Shown here: positions 1-10,695 of the stretch, in pieces
Layout: each line of letters starts with the position of its first letter
Position numbering within the stretch: position 1 is the first letter of the stretch
Source: Selaginella moellendorffii
Taxonomy: Eukaryota > Plantae > Lycopodiophyta
Reading direction: 5' to 3'
Length of the DNA stretch: 21,006 bases
NCBI RefSeq assembly: GCF_000143415.4
Contig: NW_003314372.1
Location: forward strand, 498,894-519,899
The notes under the pieces: generated by a model
The model's database searches: none
Seen by the model: only the letters and a program-made list of their open reading frames with translations
What the model was told of the DNA's origin: nothing
Made by a program: the position numbers and the translations under genes

Positions 1-37
1 AAAAAGAAAAAGAAAAAAAAAAAAAAAAAAAAAAAAA
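1..37. repeat. Poly-A tract, truncated by the window edge
   Basis: Nearly pure A run with two G interruptions. Confidence 0.9.
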
Positions 38-1136
38 GAGGGGGCACCAGTTCTTCCTCAGACGGCAGCTCGTCACGCAGAGCTCTGGTTTAACACATGC
101 TTAGATGTCAGATCTCGCTTACAAGTCACCCAGCTAGTGTAACATGGTTTTGTGCACAAGCATAAAAGTCTTTAACCATTAACCTTCATTCAAAGCTATC
201 TCTTTGAACACTCAGGGACTACTTCCCCAGCCTTGATAGCCTCACTTTATGGTAAACTTCAAGACCACACTTTTGCTACACCACTTTGATTTTGCACGTT
301 CTATAAACCATTTACACTTATTTTTCCAGGTATTAATCTATCTAGAATTATCTTTGGGAATTTTGAAAGGACTTTGTCCCTTAGCTTCCTAAGGCTTCTT
401 CTTTTGCAAACTTTCTAATTGCCATATAATCTAATATGAACAATTCCATACTTTAAGCTCTTTATGCTATCATGGTTGCTAAATTTTCCACTCCCAACTT
501 ATATAAGCACCCTTGGTTATGCCCTTTAATTCCTATGATTTAATTTTATCATTTTACTACTTATTTTTAGTTTTATGCCTTCCCTTTAGTTATTTTCCTA
601 ACCTTTAAGAGGGTAGTTTTGCACCTTCTATCATGTTTTAACAAGTATTTTAAAAGATGAACCTACTCAATAACTTAGGGAGTGATTCTTCAATTTGGAT
701 ATGCTCACCATGTAATCCCATACACTAGGATTAACATCACTATGCATAAGCCTTTTTATGCCCATTGCTAGCTATGCCAAAATCTTTTTTTTCCTTTGTC
801 CAATTTAGATAGACAGACTTTTCCCATCTTCGCAACCTTGGACATTGGATGGCACCTCCTATTTATTATTCGTTAAAGACTTAATCCTTTGGGCCTTATT
901 TAATGCCTTCATGATTCCAAACACCACTCCTTGGTGTTTTAAAGTGTTTTGGTGTCCCAATGATAACTTTCTTTGACAATAAGTATTTTCTTTTTCAACA
1001 TTGACTTACTATATCTTAACATAAGAAATTTATCCCTAGAAGGAGTACATTTAACTTCCTTATGCCAATAAGAAGTTTTGGGTAGTTAACTTTTACACAT
1101 CTAATCAATTATTTTGCACCTTTTGCTTAGTTTCCT

Positions 1137-1338
1137 CATTTATGTTATTCAACTTTTGCACTTGGTCCAAGTGCTCCACGTGTCCAATCCCATGACTGAC
1201 ACCCAAAGGCACCACTAATATATCAGCTTGTTACGCTAAGGCCATGCTTATACCCTTTGTCACACTGGTGGTCCAACACCACCTATATCATAGTCCTGTC
1301 TCTTAAAGATTGGGCCATCCATCCATGAGTGATCAACC
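1137..1338 (+). repeat. Left arm of a diverged inverted-repeat pair (partner 2482-2660)
   Basis: tagtcctgtctcttaaagattgggccatccatccatgagtg and gacacccaaaggcaccactaatatatcagc match the reverse complement of 2482-2660 (tagtcccatctcttaaagactaagccatccgtccatgagtg; gacacctaaaggtaccactaacctatcagc). Confidence 0.8.
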
Positions 1339-1968
1339 TAGATCATCCTTAGGATGCTCGTAGATATAAGGAATAGCCTTCCCCAATATTCCTTTTTCTA
1401 TCCCCACCAAGTCCCTTTTAGTCCACAGTCGTGTTCACCAATATTGCCACTGGATTAAGGCCCACAAGCCTGACCACTATGTCCTAATAACCTCTAGAAC
1501 TCCCTTGCTGTATGACCGCATCCTTGGTCACCACACAAGTGGACTATCCCTCTTCCTTTCCACAGTCTGGGACTCTGGGATGACATTTCGAAACACCATG
1601 GCTTTACGGGAGCCTCATGGGTACTCTTCCCACTATCTGCCTTTGGGTGCCATAGACAGGTGGCTAGAGCGAGGTTTCAATGAGCCACACCAGGTATCCA
1701 AGTAGGTAATGCCACCCACACTTGTATTGGGAGCATTGACCATTCGATCTCCCAGGGGAGCTAGAGCCGACTCTTGAACATTTCACCATATTACCTTATT
1801 TATCTGTCTATATTTACTCTAGCCTTGGACTTGCCAATGGTTATATCATCACCCCACACGTGTGTATAGCCTTCTTGGGCTACACTAGCCTTTCTTGGCT
1901 AAACTGGCTCTATTGGGGTCCAACCCCCACACTCTCCTTACGATACTTTTGGAAACCCCCTGCAGCCT

Positions 1969-1987
1969 CCCCCCCCCCCCCCCCCCC
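1969..1987. repeat. C19 homopolymer (G19 on the minus strand)
   Basis: Seen directly; flanked by further C5 and G5 runs. Confidence 0.95.
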
Positions 1988-2038
1988 TTTGGGGGACAAT
2001 TGCTTTGGGCTTTCACCCAAAAACCTGTATTAGTATTC

Positions 2039-2362
2039 GGACTTGGACTTGGACTCGGTCTCAGTCTTGGTTCTAGTTTCAGATTTGAACTCAGTCCCGG
2101 TCTCAGTCTCGGTTCCATCTTGGACTCCATCTCGGGTCCATCTCGGACTCCATCTTGGACTCCATCTTGGACTCCATCTCGGACTCCATCTCGAGTCCAT
2201 CTTAGACTCCATTTGGGGTTTATCTCGGACTCTATCTCGCATTCATCTCAGACTCCATCTCGGGTCCATCTTGGACTCCATCTCAAGTCCATCTCGGACT
2301 CCATCTCAAGTCCATCTCAGACTCCATCAGAGGTCAATCTTAGACTCTATCTTGGACTCCAT
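2039..2362. repeat. Minisatellite: 6-bp GGACTY/RGTCTY units grading into about 21 units of 11-12 bp (TCCATCTYGGAC)
   Basis: Hexamer units 2039-2112; 12-mer units 2114-2362. Explains the low-complexity ORFs in several frames. Confidence 0.95.
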
Positions 2363-2481
2363 ATGTCATGTGTTGGTCCTCTTTTGTCTCTTTTCTAATG
2401 GCTCCACTTTGGGGCTTAGGTATTTTGTGTTTTAAACCCATGTTTCCGAGCATTTAAGGATGCTAAGATTGGGGTCATGGG

Positions 2482-2660
2482 ATGACCACTCATGGACGGA
2501 TGGCTTAGTCTTTAAGAGATGGGACTATAGTATAAGTGGTCTTGGATTACCAATAAGACAAAGATGAATGGACAATAGGCTGATAGGTTAGTGGTACCTT
2601 TAGGTGTCTATCGTGGTAATAAACACATGGACCAAATGCAAAGTTTGAGTGGCATAAAGG
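2482..2660 (-). repeat. Right arm of the inverted-repeat pair (partner 1137-1338)
   Basis: Reverse-complement alignment by eye, with indels. Confidence 0.8.
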
Positions 2661-4668
2661 CCATTCAATGGATTAGCAAGTTCTTAAGTCAGGAATAAGA
2701 ATTATAGAGTTGGTGAGTGAAACTCCATTTAGGAGTCAAAGGTGCGGTTAAGTGACTAAAGTAGAATGGAAAAATTAATTGGTTACACTAAACTCTAACA
2801 ATACAAGATGTGTATTCTTTTTATATTTTCCTTAGCTTTGTGCTTTGTAAAATAATAGGGTTGATTGAATGAAGCTCAAGGATTGGGGGACATTAATGAT
2901 ATTCCTTTTAAATATTCTGATCTATATGTCTCTAATGTCTCTGCTGGTAGATAAACTTTATATGTTCATTTTCATCTTTTTTTCTTTCATATAGCACTAT
3001 CTTTCACTCTTTTTTTTACAGTACTATTCTAGAAGGTGATGGAGAATTAGGTGATTCAAGAAACATGCTGGGCATGGGAAAGATTGAGCATAGTGAGTCA
3101 CTTGGTATATTGGCTAAGAATGGCATTTTTTTTTCCAATTTTTTCATTTTTTCCAGAAAAGTTAATACAAAAAACTCATAACTTGTTTGGTAAGTGAATT
3201 AAATCATTTACCATTTCCAAATCTAATGAGTTGATAAGTTGTCACAAACATGTGATAACACCAAAATGATATGAAAGACCAGCAAAGGAAGTCTCATTAG
3301 TGCTAGAAGGAAAGATATGTAAGATGTATCATTCTTATGATCAAAGTATTCATTTTTATTTGTGGCTATTGAGTGCCTTGTCCTATTCAAGACTGGCTTA
3401 AAAAAATATATAAAACAGACTAGTAAAAAAAATTAAAGAAGAAAAGACTACAATTTCCATTCATATATGATTTCTTTTTCATTTGGTTGATTTCTACAAC
3501 CAAAACATTTTTCTTTAAATACACTCCCTCCTAATTCTACCATTCTTTTGGCACATTTAAATTATCTCATTTAAACTTAGATAGGAATGAACACCTCTGG
3601 TATGCTGTAATTCTTGGGAGATTATAAGTTTTAGCACCCCACAGAGATTCAATCTAGGTAACAGTACTACATTTGTTTAGATCATTGTTGTCATGGATTT
3701 TACAAGTGTGCTTGTTGTTTATGCAAAGTGCTGCTTGAGGCTTAGGTGGGAACCAGATTTACAAAAGGATCATCATTGTGTCCACCAATTTCTACCAAGA
3801 AAACACTTAAAGGAGCTAGGTATAAGAAAAATTGAGGTCAAGAAAACTCAATATTGACATAGAATGAAAAGGCAAGAATGCCTTTTTTTTCTTTGTCCTT
3901 TGAAATTTAGCTAATATGAGCAATCAATAGTCATTGTCTTCTTGAATGCAAGGATGTTGAAAAGTAGCAATAGCAGCTACAAGTTTTTCAAGAGGCAAAG
4001 TCTAATATGTGAGGCAAATAGATATAATGTGTTCAGTATTTATGTGCTATTAAATTTAACTGTTTATTTATATAAAAAGCCTATGTATTGCTAAATTTTT
4101 AAAAAAAAACTCACAGTAATTGTCCAGAATTAGTATCTCACTAAATGAACCAGCTCTACCTATGCATTATGAATTAAGCTTTGTAACAATTCCTTAGACT
4201 AGGTAATTGGATGACAATTGTGCTCGTACAAAGTTGGTAATTGTAAGCAACCAAAGGGAATAATTCAAAAGATGATTTGTTGGGGTTCAAATATAGAGGG
4301 AAAAGGCATATAACCAAGAGTGCACCGTCTTTTCTAATTGTATAAGTGTCATTAGGTTTGAATAGTACTGGGCTGAATAACCTCTAGGAAAGTTTAACTC
4401 AGAAGTTACAATAATGACTTAATATGGGCTAGGTAGAGAAAAGAAGTGTTTGTTTATTTATAAAATCATCATACTCATATATTTAAACGAAAGAGCCGGT
4501 ATAATAATAGCATATACTGGCATCACTTATTCTGGGCATATGCCAAAATCTAATGGCTGAGATTAAACAATGGAGAGCCGTGACTTTTGGGATCATAAAA
4601 AAATTCAATTCTCTTTTAGGGCACGTGAGCACGAGTAGAGAGCGTCAATCATCGCTTGCGGGAAGGTA

Positions 4669-4688
4669 CTCTCTCTCTCTCTCTCTCT
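4669..4688. repeat. (CT)n microsatellite in putative intron 4666-4753
   Basis: Seen directly after the aag|gtac donor. Confidence 0.9.
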
Positions 4689-4753
4689 GTGTGTATTTGT
4701 TTCTCTGTTTGCAAAGGTTTGAGAGGCTCACGGCTTTCTCTGTGTCGCCATAG

Positions 4754-4974
4754 TTGTGCTCGATGATCAGCGAGAACAGGCTCAACGCCTTCCAGACTTA
4801 CGTGGGGAACAAATCCGCCAGCATCCGCCTGCGCAGGTGCATTTGGTAGATCGACGTGCTCTGCTCGGAAATGCGACGAGGATTGGGAGTGAAAGGCGAA
4901 GAGGCTCTGATGGAGCGCACGACAGGGATGACGTCTCGGAAAATGAGGGTATTCACGTTGTCATCGATGACTAG
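4754..4974 (+). pseudogene. Terminal exon of an unidentified captured gene, copy 1
   Basis: Follows a catag acceptor. LCSMISENRLNAFQTY...IW*IDVLCSEMRR...IHVVIDD*, with an internal stop and a frameshift relative to the copy at 12586-12810. Confidence 0.65.
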
Positions 4975-5151
4975 AATCAAGGTTCTTCACTCTCTTGCTC
5001 GTTGCCATTCTTTTTTCGAGTCTCTCAAGTCCCTGTTTGTTCCAGGTTCTCGAGGCTGGAACCACGACTAGAATCAAGGTTTTTCACTCTCTTGCTCTTC
5101 GCTATTCAACTGGAAATATGGTTTTGATCATGTTTTGCTGGGATCGTGCAG

Positions 5152-6418
5152 GGACGTACATCTGGAGCAAGCCTGTGATGAAAGGAACGCACCCTTCTCC
5201 TCGGGACAGCCACAGCTCCACGGCCGTCGGGTCTAAGCTCTATGTGTTTGGTGGTACCGATGGAACCAGCCCGCTAGATGATCTCTTTGTTTTGGATACT
5301 GGTAAGCGAGTTCTATCAAATTTTTTTTCTTGTTCTTATCATCCAATGCAGCTACCAACACCTGGGGGAAACCCGACGTTTTTGGTGATGTTCCTGCTCC
5401 GAGAGAAGGACATAGCACATCTCTCATCGGTGACAACCTGTTAGTGTTTGGGGGATGTGGGAAATCCAGCGATCCCTCAGAGGAGGAGTACTACAACGAC
5501 CTCCATGTTTTGAACATGAGTAATATCCTGTTATCTTTCCTGGTTTTCTTCTAAACTCTTTTTTTTCCTGTAGATACTTTTTTCTGGAAGAAGATTTCTA
5601 CCACTGGAGTCTCGCCTATTCCTCGGGATATCCATAATAAGAACTGTTGCATTGTCATGGGTGGCAAGAACGGTGGTAATGCCTATCTATACGACATTCA
5701 TATTCTGGACACAGGTACATACATTGTGCTGGTTTTAAACTTGCGAATTCATTTGTGTTTCCAGAAACAATGGCATGGCGGGAGGTAAAGACGACTAGTG
5801 CCGAGCTGATGCCAAGAGCTGGTGAACGCAGGGCGAGGCATATTATTCTTCTATGGGGGATGTAACGAAGAGCTTGAAGCTCTGGATGACATGTATTTCC
5901 TCGACACAGGTTGGCTTCTTCTTTTATTGACATTGCTGCTGACAATATGGTTGCCGTTTTTCTGTGAAAAGATGCTGAGGGAGAAAGATCCATCAGAACC
6001 AAAGCTACCCATGCGTAAGGAACTTAAGAGAAGGCGGCAAGAGTATCGTGCCACGCCATTCGTGCTAGACAAGCAACGGGATGCGGACAAGAGCTTGGTT
6101 TCATCTCACGGAGGTATCTGCAGAAAACCTTGGACCTCTCCAAATTTTCTCTGTCAAACTCATGCTACAGAGTTTCAAGCTCACGTTCAGCCGCTAGGCG
6201 AGAAGATGTTCGAGGCTAAAGTAAGCGACGTATTCAACTACAGATACACGCTAGAAGCCTCCATCGATGGGAAGCTCTTCCGTGGGCTGCTCTTCTCGTA
6301 CAAGCCTGGCTTTGCTCAGGCAGTGCAATCTTACATCCTCAGTTACTCTCTAATGCCAGGAAGGAAAGCATCACAGGAGGAAACCACAGCACGTCCAAAA
6401 GGCCGTAGTAAAAGCTAA
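5152..6418 (+). pseudogene. Kelch-repeat (galactose oxidase/kelch superfamily) gene fragment, copy 1; 5'-truncated with internal deletions
   Basis: Kelch motifs PSPRDSHSSTAVGSKLYVFGG and PAPREGHSTSLIGDNLLVFGG; C-terminal FEAKVSDVFNYRYTLEASIDGKLFRGLLF; short GT-AG introns. Deletions near 5630 and 5822 relative to copy 2. Confidence 0.9.
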
Positions 6419-6785
6419 CCGAGCAAAGAGGAGTTCAAAGAAACCATGGATATCCATACCTGCTCTTCCTATAATTATTAAAGTTTCACAAAGTCTTTAT
6501 TACACAGCCTCACCTTTTTTTTGTTCTTCTGGATTATCAGTTGTTTCTTCTTTGTCTACACAATACAAAAGATTGTTTTTTAGTAATGTGCTTTTTTTTG
6601 TTAGTTTACCTTCTTTATAATCTTCTGTGAACACGGACGTGAAAAGGTGATACACTGCTAGAATCCTTCCTAATCGACTCTCTTTTGCAGAGTGGGTGCT
6701 AATACATGGTCCCTACTTTACACTTCTATAATGCAAAAGCTACAGGCTTGCCACAAAGAGGGGTATAAACTGGTGAAGTGCAATG

Positions 6786-7221
6786 ATTTCCTTCCTCAGA
6801 AACGGTAGTGTGGTTGCTCTAGGATCTGACTGGCCTGTAAGCCTGTCAAATACTTTTTCTTCGGCGTTACATGAATGGTTTGTCTCAAGGTGGTAGCAGT
6901 GAATCCACTTGGAGGAATCCGCACAGCCATGGAGAGAACACTTCAGGCTGGAGTCATCCCGAGGAAAGGATTTCTGCATGGGACGTAGTGGCAGGGTAAG
7001 AGATAACAGATGAGAAACTGAAATGCAGTTTTTGTTTTTGGATTCACAGGTACACATCCTCGGCTGTGTATGCAGCTGCATTGGAGGATTTGGTTGGGTT
7101 GCTGACACCAGGAAAGTTTGCTGACTTTGTGGTGTTGTCCGAGTCTCCTTTTGGACAGGGCACAGGCATTTTTCCTCCAGTGGTTGTGTTCGTTGGTGGA
7201 AATTTTGCCTTCCCTTCTTAA
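6786..7221 (+). pseudogene. LAF3: Amidohydrolase-3 (LAF3/YtcJ-like) C-terminal fragment, 3 exons
   Basis: VALGSDWP|..NPLGGIRTAMERT..PEERIS..|YTSSAVYAAALEDLVGLLTPGKFADFVVLS matches the GSDWP and G.L.PGK.AD.V.L motifs; deletions or frameshifts present. Confidence 0.85.
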
Positions 7222-7271
7222 GGCGTTATTCCATAATTACTTGGTCTTTTAAATATAGCATATTTGCGAGA

Positions 7272-7545
7272 AGATTGGTGAGGAGAAAGCAGCCAGAATC
7301 ATCAAGCAGCTGGTAAAGACCTTCAAAGAGATTTATTTGAGGGGCGTGGTTCACCAGAATCTCAAGCTCGACAACATTCTTTCCAAGCTAAACATGCATG
7401 ACAAGTGGTGATCAGCACCTTTAGGAGATATCACAACAGCGAAGTACATGGCAGCTGAGGTGGTGGAGAACAAGGATTGGAGCTCTACATGGCAGCCATC
7501 GAAATGTGGGGGCTAGGAGCAATTTTATACAAGACGCTGGGAAAG
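7272..7545 (+). pseudogene. Degenerate Ser/Thr protein kinase fragment (CAMK/CDPK-like, subdomains VIa-IX)
   Basis: EEKAARIIKQLV..IYLRGVVHQNLKLDNIL (degenerate HRDLKPEN), KYMAAEVV (YMAPEV), IEMWGLGAILY (D.WS.GVILY); no DFG recognised. Confidence 0.8.
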
Positions 7546-8066
7546 GGAGGATACCAGCCAATGGAAGCATTTGATCTCATGTGACAGGGGGCGACCTCTG
7601 TTTCGGATCCACGGCCAACATCTTAGAAAGGAGATCCTCTGCTGCAAACAAGCAAGGACCAATCAGGTTCAGGTTCGATCAGGTTCTGCAACACCCATGG
7701 ATTTGTCAAAAATTGCAGCATTAAGACCGACAAGCTGTGAAGGAGTGGTGTGAAAAGGAGTGCTCCCGGCCTTGAGAACAAGAAAGTTCAAGTGGCTTAA
7801 AAGAAAATGCCAGCAGTAAGTTCCTATTTCCTTTTCACCATTACTAACTTCATTTGCTTGCGTTTTTCTTTTTTGTATTCTCCGGACATCAACATCTCTT
7901 ATGTCTATGGCTGGAAAACATTTTCAGTGGCTGCCGAGAACAAATGCAGAATGAAAACAAGTTGGAACGAAAAGGAAAACGAGGGAGTTGAAATGTAAAG
8001 AAAGAATTGTAAAACGTTTATTGATATATAAATAAAGATCAAAGTTGAATCGAGATCTTTCACTAA

Positions 8067-8094
8067 TCATCCAATATATTTAAATGAAAGAGCC
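8067..8094 (+). mobile_element. Internal Helitron 5'-end-like motif
   Basis: a|TCATCCAATATATTTAAATGAAAGAGCC; 20 of 21 bases identical to 4477-4497; lies at the gene-fragment to AT-rich transition. Confidence 0.55.
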
Positions 8095-8136
8095 TCATTG
8101 ATCATTGCAGTAGGTGGCTCTAATTTTATATATATC

Positions 8137-9218
8137 GCTCAGATGTAGTCTAAGATTTATGTAATATCATAAATTTTCTAACATTTTTTCTTACATTGTA
8201 ATTATACATGACAAAAATAATAACGTATAAATATCATTGAGACAACATTAGTACAAGAACCATCTAAAGAAATGTGATTCATCATCAATTGAACATTAAT
8301 TATATTAAATCTATCTATATACCATTTATGAATTTTCTGGTATATTATATTTTTAGAATAAAGAAAATTTTTATATATCATTATTACCTCAGTATAGAGT
8401 AAAACCTTGCCATTCATTTATCATTATAAAATTTCATCCTTTATAATATTGTAATAAAGCCTTAATTTTAAATATAAATCCATGAAAATAGAGAGATAAT
8501 AACTTATTTTACATTAGCATTCTCTCTATTAAAAAACACATACAGAAATAATGCTAATGATATAAAGTAGAATACTTCTAATATTAAATATTACTCTCAA
8601 AATATAAGAATATAAGTATTAGGAATAAGGGAATATCAAAGATAAATATGTAAAATTTTGAAATTTTTCTAAAAAAATATAACACATAAAGGTAATTTCT
8701 ATCACTTAGTATCATGCAATTCCAAAACTTTCAGTCTAAAGAGATGAAAAATAAAACTCAATAAAAATGGTTATATTTTTTAATTTTATAAGATGTATAT
8801 AGTTTAAGTGAGTTTTAAATCTTTATTTTTGAAACCATTATATTTTAGTGTACTTAAGAAACAAATTTTTTCAAGAGGAAAAATTGTAGATCAATTATAT
8901 GGAGATTTTAAATAAATAAAATAGTTACCAAGCCTCAATATTTAATTGACTCATCTGGCCATGGAATCCCACAGTGAAAAATTCCATTTATAGAAGATCA
9001 TGCAGCACTCAGAGTTTTAAATGTTATATTATGTTATAAGTTAAATTTATTATATTATTTATTATGTTATATTTTTAAAATGGATTTTGAATATAAATAT
9101 TATATTATGTTATGTTAACTATGTATGTAATAATTATGATTATATTAAAATTATAATTATGATTTCAAATTTTTGAAATACTAAAACATTAAGAATAAAC
9201 ATGATGCTCCCAGCGTAG
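8137..9218 (+). repeat. AT-rich Helitron 3' subterminal module, copy 1, truncated within the terminal hairpin
   Basis: Colinear with 10696-11811 from agatgtagtctaagatttat through atgctcccagcgtag. Confidence 0.9.
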
Positions 9219-9219
9219 A

Positions 9220-9538
9220 TATATTGGAAGTTTCAAACCAAATAATGAAAAATATGCAGCTTATTCACAATGAAATATTTTAGATACTGCTCAAGCAACG
9301 GAGATAAAAATCAAAAAACAAACACAATTCTAAATGCAATGAGCAACTAATGGGTGGTCTTGATAAATTATTAAAAGAGATAAATCCCTATACTAATGCA
9401 TTCACAATATTGTAAGAAATAGAGAATGAAGTGTTAAAATTAACAAATTTTCAAGGAGGCATAAATGATATCGTAATACATATAAAAGGCAATTAGACAA
9501 CTGATCCAAGATAATATAATGCACTAGGTTCAAATGAT
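9220..9538 (+). pseudogene. Helitron Rep/Helicase N-proximal remnant
   Basis: YIGSFKP..AYSQ*NILDTAQATE..(fs)NSKCNEQLMGGLDKLLKEINPYTNAF..TDPR*YNALGSND resembles Helitron RepHel motifs IGSLLP, YAQLYI.DT, L..NPY and D.RRYN.P..NE. Confidence 0.8.
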
Positions 9539-10042
9539 TTTAAACATTTAGTTGTACAAAGATGGTATTCATTGATGAATTTTTTTATTATGTCTACTAT
9601 GTACGATATATTTAAAACAAAAAATATGTTCAATATGTTTAAACATGTATTATCAAATCAATCATATACTCTTTCTTCTATAGAATAAAAACTTTATAGA
9701 ACAAAGAGTATCTGATTAATTCAATGCTACATTATTAAAATTAAACATAATTTTTTTACAAAGATGGTATATAGTACACACAATAAAAGATATACTATAA
9801 AGTTAAAAGTAAATTAAGTAGTGACTATAGAAATTATATATTTTATAACTTAAAATAGAAGAGTTGAATAGCTCCAGCTATTATATCTTGTAAATAAGTT
9901 ATACTTTTATCATAATCTTATGATTTTTAACTTTATGATATTGCACAAATATGAGACTACATCTAAGCTAAGAGACAACTCAATATGAGTAGATTCATTG
10001 ATGAATGTGTAATAAGTCTGTTATTTACACTAATAATTTGTG

Positions 10043-10482
10043 CATTGATACATGGACAACAGATACATAAAATATCATTGAGACAATATTAGACAAATAC
10101 AAAAGGCTACCATCTTAAAAAATGTGATTCCTCATCACTTAAAATTTTATTTTTAATAAAGCAATCAATGGACCTTTTTTTATTTTCTGATATGTTATGG
10201 TTTTAGGAAAAAATCAATATTATGAATCATCAATACCATAATATCAGGATAAAAACATAACTTTCATTGAAATATTTTAGTCTCAATGTAAATTTATATA
10301 AAAATAAATTAAAAATAAAGGTAAAAATCTTAATTCATTTTAGCATTCTCTCTATATAAAAACATATCCACAAAGAAACTTAATGATATAAAATATAATA
10401 CCTTAACCTTTAGATAGTACTTCTAAAAAGCATAAATGTAAATATTATGAAGGGACAGGATATCGAATACAAATATGGAAAA
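10043..10482 (+). repeat. Older, more diverged partial third copy of the AT-rich module
   Basis: Shared anchors aaatatcattgagacaa, aaatgtgattc and tagcattctctctat in the same order as in 8194-8655. Confidence 0.7.
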
Positions 10483-10695
10483 AATAATTCAAAATAAAAT
10501 ATAATGTAATTTTAAGGAATATTTTTAAATAAATTTTAAAAAGTACTAAATATAATAAAAGAAAAAAGTATCTAAATTAGAATATAAAAAAGTAATTTCT
10601 ATAAAAATATGATATTTTCTTACATAAAATAGAGGAGTTAATAGTTCTAGATATTTGTTGTGTAAAATATTTTCTCATTAGTAAACTTATGGTTG

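Noticed and set aside
38-123. Possible LTR end (…CGCTTACA at 123) or minus-strand PBS TGGTGCCCCC
   Set aside because: No second LTR, no CA before the TGG, and no recognisable gag/pol; cannot be supported within the window.
2114-2362. CRISPR-like array
   Set aside because: Contiguous 11-12 bp units without spacers, in a eukaryotic context.
1885-2435. Four overlapping ORFs of 70-167 aa
   Set aside because: Artefacts of the stop-free minisatellite and the poly-C tract.
2900-4460. Scattered exon-like segments (e.g. 3021-3125, 3581-3657)
   Set aside because: No consistent frame or recognisable motif.
5655-7108. Minus-strand ORFs over the kelch and LAF3 fragments (also 12487-12816 and 13570-13845)
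   Set aside because: Antisense shadows of plus-strand exons whose motifs and splice sites are on +.
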